Part shown: positions 1-6,423 of the stretch, piece by piece
Position numbering within the stretch: position 1 is the first letter of the stretch
Layout of the letters: each line of letters opens with the position of its first letter
NCBI GenBank assembly: GCA_038153405.1
Contig: JAYOYH010000015.1
Span: forward strand, 836-10,973
DNA length: 10,138 nucleotides
Reading direction: 5' to 3'
From: Gemmatimonadota bacterium
Lineage (GTDB): Bacteria; Latescibacterota; UBA2968; UBA8231
The notes under the pieces: model-generated
Seen by the model: only the letters and a program-made list of their open reading frames with translations
Databases searched by the model: none
What the model was told of the DNA's origin: nothing
Position numbers and translations under genes: made by a program

Positions 1-41
1 TAGAATTTACTGCACCGTAACTGAACAAGTCAAATAATTCG

Positions 42-84
42 AGGCCGTAGCTGCCCCAATGGGAAGCTACGGCCTTTTGTGTTT
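42..84 (+). terminator. Probable intrinsic (rho-independent) terminator
   Basis: 11-bp perfect stem AGGCCGTAGCT (42-52) / AGCTACGGCCT (65-75), extended by CCC/GGG around a CAAT loop, followed by TTTGTGTTT. Confidence 0.65.
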
Positions 85-85
85 A

Positions 86-687
86 CGCCCGGTTCCGGAC
101 AGATACCGGCTCTTAAACCGGGCGACAGCAGGATCGGACTCTATCCAGTATCCGTTAGGGTGCAAAGCTGGAGACAGTGCCACGCCGGGAGGGTGGCCAC
201 CGATGGCGAGACCGGGATAGTAGTCTCGCTCCAAGGATGACGCGCCCCCCGAAAGGGCAGAACTGCACCGACAATTAGCGGCTTGGGCATCATGGCGGGG
301 CACTTGCAGGCCCGTGTGCAGCTACCTCAGTAGGCTTTCAGACGTGACCGACCGACCGATGGTCTGGTCTGGAGAAAGGTTGATCCTGGCCTTTCTCCGA
401 TCTCTCCCTCCCTCTGGTCTGGCAAATGTTGGGCCTGGGTGGTCTTGATCACATTTGATAGGTAGCGACTAAGACCGAATGCGCGATGGTATCGCGTAAC
501 CCCCGGGCTGCCCGGGTCGCCACAGACGGCAGGCGACAACCCAGATAGGCTTGGGGAGGAATAGAGCATGGGCGGCGCACCCTTTTTTGGTGGGGCGTCT
601 ACGTGGACGAATCGTAGTCGTGTAGCTGGCGACAGGCGCATCCCCGATAGTGAGGTGGCGTAGTTTGGTCAGTTGATCCGGTAATCC
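86..687 (+). ncRNA. Candidate large (~560-600 nt) structured non-coding RNA, family unassigned; ends approximate
   Basis: No credible ORF. GNRA-capped hairpins at 168-177 (GAGA), 179-197 (GGGA), 248-257 (GAAA) and 626-635 (GCGA). Near-abutting long-range helices 158-163/242-247, 263-268/316-321, 321-327/460-466 and 467-484/658-674. Local stems 86-94/116-124, 206-212/223-229, 371-379/390-398, 423-429/451-457, 501-509/548-556 and 516-521/532-537. Non-Watson-Crick pairs are mostly G-U on the + strand. Confidence 0.6.
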
Positions 688-714
688 ATGTGTGAATACC
701 TATAAGAGGTGAAT

Positions 715-1389
715 ATGGGCGCGAAGAAAAATGACGACCTGCGGATAGCGATGCGTCGAAATGAGGTCTCCCGTCTATTCCGGCGCGGTGTGCGCGACCA
801 AACCGAGATTGCTCGCCGCCTGAGCGAGTCGGGGGAATACGGCAGCGTCTCCCAGCCGACTGTTTCCCGCGATCTGGACTTCATACTCCGGAGCGTGCGC
901 GAACAAGCTGGTCTCGAGACCGGACTGCTTCGGGATGCGATCCAGCAAGAGATCCACGAGGTCAAACGCGAGGCCTGGGATGCCTGGGAAAAGAGCAAAG
1001 AGGACAAGGAGACTTTCAAGGACAAGTCCCCTCAGTTTCGCAAGATCGAGCGGGGCAGCGACGACGACAAGGAAGGTCTCCTCGACCGGGCTCTGCGGAT
1101 GGCAAGCGTCGATGAGGGCTACGTGCTGAGCGACAACTTTGAGTGGACCATCGAGAAGCGCGATCCCAACGGCAAATTTTTGGACATCGTGCTCAATTGC
1201 ATCAAGCAGGAGCGCGAGTTGTTGGGCGTCGATAAACCCGCTGCCGCCAACCCCGATGGCGACGGATCTGTCCTGGAGCTAAGCTTTCGCGGGATGAGCG
1301 ATACCGAGCTGGCCCTGTGTGAGGTCATGGTCAAAACTGGTGACAAGGAGGCCCTGGCTCGGTTTGTCTCAGCGAAGAAGAGAGAATAG
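715..1389 (+). CDS. Phage-type HTH protein resembling a terminase small subunit
   Basis: N-terminal HTH (RRNEVSRLFRRG...QTEIARRL...VSQPTVSRDL), helical EAWDAWEKSK and C-terminal KFLDIVLNCIKQERELLGVDKP. I recognise this pattern from phage proteins usually encoded just before terminase large subunits. ATG at 715 has GAGG (706-709) 5 nt upstream; the ORF track's GTG at 709 overlaps that RBS. Confidence 0.6.
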   Translation: MGAKKNDDLRIAMRRNEVSRLFRRGVRDQTEIARRLSESGEYGSVSQPTVSRDLDFILRSVREQAGLETGLLRDAIQQEIHEVKREAWDAWEKSKEDKETFKDKSPQFRKIERGSDDDKEGLLDRALRMASVDEGYVLSDNFEWTIEKRDPNGKFLDIVLNCIKQERELLGVDKPAAANPDGDGSVLELSFRGMSDTELALCEVMVKTGDKEALARFVSAKKRE

Positions 1390-1594
1390 GAGAGATCGTG
1401 AAAAGTCGCAAGCGTAGGCAACCTTCTTATAGAGCCTCTTTATGTCTGTCCAGCGGAACTGCCGTCTTAGGTATCTTGCCGCTTGGGTAGGTCGATGCGT
1501 ATCCGATGAGGGCAAGAAATGCCTTGAGTAGGCCAACAGTTGAACGACGAGCGGAAGACCAGTAAGGAACTCAACGCCAAGGCGTGACGTTTGT

Positions 1595-2662
1595 ATGGGT
1601 ATAACAGAAAAATCCGAGGGAATGCAAATCATGACTGAGCTAACTGACTTCGATCTTATCTCATTTAAAGTCGCAGACATAGAAGAAACGGCCAAAATCG
1701 TCAAGCAGATGGACGACGGAGTATTGAAAAAGGCTAAGAGCGTGGGTATACGTGGATATCGTTTACTATCCAAAGTTGCGGAGACGAAGGCTACGCCAGA
1801 AAGACTTGCGTGGTTGAATCTTATGACTCAGTCGGTTACTGCCGTTAATGCCGGAATAAGCGCATTTGAGTCGTGCTCGAACTGGACTTTGAAGGTCGTT
1901 CAACGTGCAGTTTTTGAATGGGAACTCATTACAATTGCCATCAGCGGCAACTTCGAACTTCTTGACAACACGCGCCCGTCTCAAGGTAACCCTATAATCT
2001 TCCCTCAAGAATTTAGAGAACGCCAGTCACGCATTTCCTGCGTAGATAGGTTACGAGCATATACTGCGTTCTGTCTTTGGTCGGATAGAGACTACTATCG
2101 GAAGCGAATTAGTGGGAGAAATATGCAGCGTGCATTCACAGAAGAGCGAAGTCCAACTTTAGGTCCTGAATTAGAGGCAAAAGAGGTAGGGCTATTCTTT
2201 GGTAGTTCATCGGAGACGGATCAAGAAGATTTAGACCGTAGGCGCGTGATTGAGCAGGATGCGATACAAAATGAAATTGCTCGAATAGATCAATGGCTTG
2301 TCGATCCCACTCTTCAGCCGTGGACAGAAAAATTATCCAGATTGGCTGAACAACAAAAGGGACCTATGAGTTACTGGCAGCTTATCGACGTTGGCAGATC
2401 TGTTTCTGAAGAATTGCAAAACCTCGATCTGCACTATGCATATTCAATCTATATGAAGGGCTCAATGGCCCTTCATGGATCAACGTTTGAACAATTTTTG
2501 GATATATCGACCGAAAATACTTTTGTGTTCCCGAAGATAATGATCGACGAAGAACAACACGATACTGAACTGGATTTTATAGCGAGTAGTTGTAATGTGA
2601 TGATGGTCTTATTGGCCTCTATGGATCAGAAAATACTTAATAAGTCTGAATTGCGAGGATAG
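1595..2662 (+). CDS. Hypothetical protein, DUF5677-like (HEPN-related helical family)
   Basis: 355-aa ORF with the motifs LKVVQRAVFEWELITIAI (R..hE) and YSIYMKGSMALHGS (Y...S..hHG.), which resemble DUF5677. The true start may be ATG 1631, after GAGGG at 1616-1620. Confidence 0.55.
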   Translation: MGITEKSEGMQIMTELTDFDLISFKVADIEETAKIVKQMDDGVLKKAKSVGIRGYRLLSKVAETKATPERLAWLNLMTQSVTAVNAGISAFESCSNWTLKVVQRAVFEWELITIAISGNFELLDNTRPSQGNPIIFPQEFRERQSRISCVDRLRAYTAFCLWSDRDYYRKRISGRNMQRAFTEERSPTLGPELEAKEVGLFFGSSSETDQEDLDRRRVIEQDAIQNEIARIDQWLVDPTLQPWTEKLSRLAEQQKGPMSYWQLIDVGRSVSEELQNLDLHYAYSIYMKGSMALHGSTFEQFLDISTENTFVFPKIMIDEEQHDTELDFIASSCNVMMVLLASMDQKILNKSELRG

Positions 2663-2739
2663 AACAAACGTTACGGGCTGCCGCATTTTGAACTTAGTGC
2701 AGTTGAGGAATAAGGCGAAGGTCGACCTAAGGTGCTGCA

Positions 2740-3078
2740 CTACATTCTCTTCTCAATCAGCACAATCTCAAGTGCCAACTCCACGACCTCGCTGATCATC
2801 ACTTCCAGAATTCGGCTCAAGGAGCCACCGAAAAGAGTGAGTTGCTCTGGGGTAAGAGATCCCAACTCTGCGCGAAACTCGGGAGAGTCCAGCACGGCAT
2901 CGTAGGCTACTTTGGCGCGGTCTACGATGCGCTGACGGTCCTTGGGTGTGAACTCGTCGGCATCGGAATGCTGGGCAAGTCCTGAGACAATACCAGCGCG
3001 CAGAGCATGTGTTAGTCGTAGAAGTGAGACGAAAACGTAAAGATGGAAGCTACAAACGTGTTGATACATTTCGGGCAT
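2740..3078 (-). CDS. Small hypothetical protein, possibly only the 3' remnant (~2740-3000) of a longer gene
   Basis: The C-terminal ~85 aa read as amphipathic helices (DEFTPKDRQRIVDRAKVAYDAVLDSPEFRAEL...) and are GC-richer than the flanks. The first ~25 codons overlap a + strand pseudogene and have no clear RBS. Confidence 0.35.
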   Translation of the reverse strand: MPEMYQHVCSFHLYVFVSLLRLTHALRAGIVSGLAQHSDADEFTPKDRQRIVDRAKVAYDAVLDSPEFRAELGSLTPEQLTLFGGSLSRILEVMISEVVELALEIVLIEKRM

Positions 3079-3306
3079 ATTGCCAAGCCCATGTCTTCAC
3101 CGCATACCTCACTGAATCTCGATACCGAAGTTGCTCCCAACAACAATAGCCACATCCTTGAAAAAGGGGAGTATGAGATAGAATGACGTATTGCAGCGGT
3201 TAATTCGCGCCCACTAACGAAGGTCATATGGGCCGATGTTTCAGGAGAATGGCATGACGATGAAGGGACCATGTTGTCTGTCGGGTTGGGCCTAAAGGTC
3301 AAATGA
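2997..3306 (+). pseudogene. Decayed fragment of a hypothetical protein gene (5' part missing, frameshift near 3070, premature TGA at 3184-3186)
   Basis: Frame A reads RAEHVLVVEVRRKRKDGSYKRVDTF to 3071. Frame B reads FGHIAKPMSSPHTSLNLDTEVAPNNNSHILEKGEYEIE*RIAAVNSRPLTKVIWADVSGEWHDDEGTMLSVGLGLKVK* (3070-3306). The sequence is protein-like across the internal stop and resembles an unnamed hypothetical family recalled from memory only. Confidence 0.5.
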
Positions 3307-3422
3307 AATTCCTTTTTCCCTTACATGAATAGAAGCCAGACTTTAACCAAACCGCTTCTCATACTAAATGTTGAATATTAGAAATTGAATGCAATACTTG
3401 TAGGGTTAGGTTGGGGGGATGT

Positions 3423-3983
3423 TTATGATGAATGAACCGAGGGGAGAATTACTACATACTCACCAAACTGAATATCAAAGCTACTCGTGTAAATCTTGAA
3501 ATTAGGGAATTGCCCCATAATCTTATCAACAGATTCTGCGTCAATATGTATCTTGGCTAAAGTCTTTGAAGGTTTTAAGATGCCTTCTTTCGCATTCAGG
3601 TTGATTCCAAAATAATTACCATATGGGTTTTGTATATCTTCTCCTGAATGGCTTTGAGAAATTTTTTGCTCTGCGCTCCGAAAATCAACAAGACTTCCTC
3701 GTCCAGTGTGTTCAATCCAGTCGGCGATTATCCAAAAAGTATTGTCCACTGCTTGCTCACCATAGAGGCGAATTGACAGCCACTCGTTTTGAAACTCTTG
3801 CGGATTATCAATGGCTATCGATTCAAGGTGCTCAGCAATTTTTTTATCAATTGCAGCCCCTTTTTTCTCATCTAAGAATGAACGGGCATATTCAACAGCA
3901 CTTCCAGCAACTTCTCGTTGAAGTTTTTGTAGTCTTTCTGTTGGTAGATAAATACCTTCACCCCGGATAAAAAAATAAGCCAT
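3423..3983 (-). CDS. Hypothetical protein with possible ADP-ribosyltransferase (R-S-E type) fold
   Basis: 186-aa AT-rich ORF with a GGAG RBS about 8 nt upstream of the ATG. The motifs YFFIRGE, EWLSIRL and IQFGEYVVIL occur in the order of the R, S and E strands of ARTs. The ORF is well supported; the function is inference. Confidence 0.55.
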   Translation of the reverse strand: MAYFFIRGEGIYLPTERLQKLQREVAGSAVEYARSFLDEKKGAAIDKKIAEHLESIAIDNPQEFQNEWLSIRLYGEQAVDNTFWIIADWIEHTGRGSLVDFRSAEQKISQSHSGEDIQNPYGNYFGINLNAKEGILKPSKTLAKIHIDAESVDKIMGQFPNFKIYTSSFDIQFGEYVVILPSVHSS

Positions 3984-4013
3984 ACGGACAGCTCCATATC
4001 TCGACTATTAATC

Positions 4014-4054
4014 AAATTAGGAACAATACAAATGGGACGTCAACTTCGCGAAGT
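4014..4054 (-). promoter_or_regulatory. Putative sigma70 promoter for the 186-aa gene with an abutting palindromic operator
   Basis: On the minus strand, TTGACG (4043-4038), 18 nt, TAATTT (4019-4014). The perfect 12-bp palindrome ACTTCGCGAAGT (4043-4054) touches the -35 box. Confidence 0.35.
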
Positions 4055-4112
4055 GTGGAGTGGTGTGTTGGACCAGATACGCGACACTTTTCCGACTTTT
4101 TGCATAAACTCG

Positions 4113-4225
4113 GAGCAGGACAAGGTCTCCCTTTCTGCTTAGAGCACGGCTTCCCTAACGGTTTTTACATTTTAGGAGCAGAATTTTCGAAGCCATTTAG
4201 TTTAGAGCATGGATTCTTTAGCGGT
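4113..4225. repeat. Degenerate direct repeat with 63-bp period
   Basis: TTAGAGCACGGCTTCCCTAACGGT (4139-4162) vs TTAGAGCATGGATTCTTTAGCGGT (4202-4225), 19/24 identical. GAGCAG at 4113 and 4176 keeps the same 63-bp offset. Confidence 0.6.
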
Positions 4226-4374
4226 GCGAATAGGCAGGTTTTCATTAAGCAAAGGGAAATGTTGGATGATGATGGTAGCGCTTTTTGTTATGCGCAATAG
4301 CTATTCCCAGAGAGTGCGCAGTTCTTCAGATGAGGCAGTGCAGATAATATACGATGGGAGCACACTGACTACAA

Positions 4375-6423
4375 TTATTGCACCCCCATCGCCTTAAAGA
4401 CGGCATCCCTCGGATCGGCATAGAAGTTGGTCTGAAACTTGGCGAAGAGTTCACCAGGAATGGTCGGGATGTCGCCGACGCTGGCCATTGGTAAGAGCAG
4501 TCGTTTGGCACCGGCATCGGCCGCAACCTGCAGCGCCTCGGCCAGGTTTTCCACCGGCACGATATTCCCCCCCAGGCTCATGGTGCCAAGCACTACCATC
4601 TGCGGCTCAATTGCTTTTCCAAGCAGACCCGAGCACAACGCTACGAATGCCGATAAGGTCAGTGTAGTAGAAGGACCGGTGTTATGGGATTCGACTACAT
4701 GCAGGTGGTAGTCGTGGTCGCTGGCCTTTGCAGACGATTGGACCTGCGAGATATTCGCGCGGAAGTAGTCGAATCCCACCTTAACGGATTCTCTGGCGGC
4801 CGTGCTCGAACCTAACCCCGAGAGTTTTAGTTGGCCATTGCCGGCAGTGACCTGCGTCTCTAAGCGATACAAGCCAAGGTGTCCACCGCTGCCCCGAGAA
4901 ACGGTATAGAGGGAGCCGGCGGGGAGGGGGTCTTCTGGGATAAGCGAATCGCCGCCCTGCTCTAAGACTTGAACGAGCTTCTCCTCTTCTGTTTCCAAAT
5001 CGATATAGCTGAAGTGCACGTCGTAGAACTCCATACCGCCAATGCGCTTGAGTTGCTCTTTCACACGCCGCCTGGCCTCGAGCGCGTATTCGAGACACAC
5101 TCGGACCGCCTCCTTGTCATAGTCTTCGTGCGGGTAGAGCAACTTGAGGAGGCCCGATACGGTGTGCCTCACGGCGATGGTATCTCGCTGATTGAGGTCT
5201 CGGCCGAGTCTGAAGTATTTGGCGATGGCATCGCCGAAGTTCTGCTTGCGCATCTCTCGGAAAAACTCAGCTAAGTAGTCGACTATGAAGCCATACTGGT
5301 CCGTGAAGAACTCGGGCCGCATCTTGGGTATTTCCCAGCCTGGGATATAGGCGTGAAAGCGGTCAAAGAAGGCGGAGTCGATCATTGCGTCGGGGAAAGG
5401 GGACAGTAGGTGGCTGGTCTTGAGGAGCATTTTAATGTTGTCGATATTGCCAACGAAGACCATTGACGCCGAGGCATTGAGGGAACTTCGTCCGCGCACG
5501 AAAGAGCCCGAGGCCATGTAGTCCTTCATAATCTGAACACCGTCATGGTCTTTGAAATGGATGCCGGCGACTTCGTCAAAAGCGACGACATCCCAGACTC
5601 CGACCAAGCCGATCTGTCGGCGGGCCAGGTTGTAGAAGAGATTGGCGACCGTGGTTTGTCCACCCGAAACCAGGATGCTGTTGGGGCTGACCTCTTTATA
5701 GATGTGGCTCTTACCGGTCCCTTTAGGCCCCAGCTCGCAGACATTGAAGTTGTTTTCAACGAACGGAATCATCCGCGCCAATAAGTGCCACTTGGCCCGC
5801 AGATCCAGGTTGGTCGGTTCCATGCCAGATGAGCGGAGCAACACATCGAGCCACTGCTCTGCGCTAAACTTTCTACGACCTGCCCGAAGGTCGTCCATAT
5901 CCATGTTCGGCATCTGGATTGGTTTGAGCTGCTGCACGGTAAAGGGGGAGCCCTTTTGTCCTTCTTCAAAGAAGTATTCCAACGTGACCAGTGCCCAGAT
6001 GCCGCCTACCAGGAGCTTTTCATACTGTTTGACGGTCGCAGTCGGAACGACGACTTCTTTAATGCCCAGGCTTTGGAAATGGGCCTCGTAGACATCTCGT
6101 CTCTCGTTTAGCTCGACGGTGAGCTTATCGATGACTTTGTAGGTGCCCTTTTCGCGGATAAGCGATTTTATTTTTTCGGCTTCGTCTGGGCGAACAAAGT
6201 TTTCGGAGAGGATGCGTTTGACGGTTTGGAGACCTTCTGCTACGACCTCCTCGTCTTGGGACGAGCAGTAGTTGCCCAACAAGTATTCCAAAACGAAGAC
6301 GGGGACATTGGCCCCTTCCTTGACCAGCTTGGTCAGATCTTTGCGAACGATCTTGCCCGCGAAGTGCTCATTGAGAAGCGAGTCCAGGTCGCCCTGCATC
6401 ACTTCTTCTATCTCAGAAGTCAT
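4375..6423 (-). CDS. brxL: BREX system AAA+ ATPase / Lon-like protein BrxL
   Basis: N-terminus HFAGKIVRKDLTKLVKEGANVPVFVLEYLLGNYC, Walker A GPKGTGKS, Walker B VVAFDEV, SAFFDRFH and a Lon-like C-terminal domain. Lies directly after pglZ. ATG at 6423 has AGGAG 8 nt upstream and overlaps the pglZ end; the ORF track uses TTG 6429. Confidence 0.96.
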   Translation of the reverse strand: MTSEIEEVMQGDLDSLLNEHFAGKIVRKDLTKLVKEGANVPVFVLEYLLGNYCSSQDEEVVAEGLQTVKRILSENFVRPDEAEKIKSLIREKGTYKVIDKLTVELNERRDVYEAHFQSLGIKEVVVPTATVKQYEKLLVGGIWALVTLEYFFEEGQKGSPFTVQQLKPIQMPNMDMDDLRAGRRKFSAEQWLDVLLRSSGMEPTNLDLRAKWHLLARMIPFVENNFNVCELGPKGTGKSHIYKEVSPNSILVSGGQTTVANLFYNLARRQIGLVGVWDVVAFDEVAGIHFKDHDGVQIMKDYMASGSFVRGRSSLNASASMVFVGNIDNIKMLLKTSHLLSPFPDAMIDSAFFDRFHAYIPGWEIPKMRPEFFTDQYGFIVDYLAEFFREMRKQNFGDAIAKYFRLGRDLNQRDTIAVRHTVSGLLKLLYPHEDYDKEAVRVCLEYALEARRRVKEQLKRIGGMEFYDVHFSYIDLETEEEKLVQVLEQGGDSLIPEDPLPAGSLYTVSRGSGGHLGLYRLETQVTAGNGQLKLSGLGSSTAARESVKVGFDYFRANISQVQSSAKASDHDYHLHVVESHNTGPSTTLTLSAFVALCSGLLGKAIEPQMVVLGTMSLGGNIVPVENLAEALQVAADAGAKRLLLPMASVGDIPTIPGELFAKFQTNFYADPRDAVFKAMGVQ

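Noticed and set aside
2..37. Possible 3' end of an upstream CDS (RIYCTVTEQVK*) before the terminator
   Set aside because: Only 11 codons are visible, too short to support.
260..640. Group I intron core (P-like GAACTGCAC, Q-like GTGCAGC, R-like AGCGACTA, S-like TAGTCG, P9-like GCGA hairpin)
   Set aside because: The order is suggestive, but J6/7 spacing and the bulged G-binding-site pairing do not fit. No P3 or host exons were found, and GACTA is better paired in the 467-484/658-674 helix. A cmsearch with group I models would settle it.
67..641. Minus-strand ORFs 67-303 (78 aa) and 327-641 (104 aa)
   Set aside because: Low-complexity P/S/R/G-rich translations with no recognisable motifs. The region is better explained by + strand RNA structure.
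1390..1425. Resemblance to group II intron domain V (GTGAAAAGTCGCA)
   Set aside because: The 5' arm with the AGC/CGC triad is missing, the stem does not pair, and there is no reverse transcriptase nearby.
2695..2742. Inverted repeat TAGTGCAG/CTGCACTA enclosing palindrome AGGTCGACCT between convergent genes
   Set aside because: The loop is long, there is no U-tract and no attC-like core sites. It could be chance or a weak terminator.
3184..3186. In-frame TGA as evidence of stop-codon recoding
   Set aside because: TGA is used as a genuine stop by pglZ and the 279-aa gene, and the same fragment also has a frameshift, so decay is the simpler explanation.
4139..4225. Mini CRISPR array (24-nt repeats, 39-nt spacer)
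   Set aside because: Only two copies at 19/24 identity, similarity extends beyond the repeats with the same period, and there are no cas genes.
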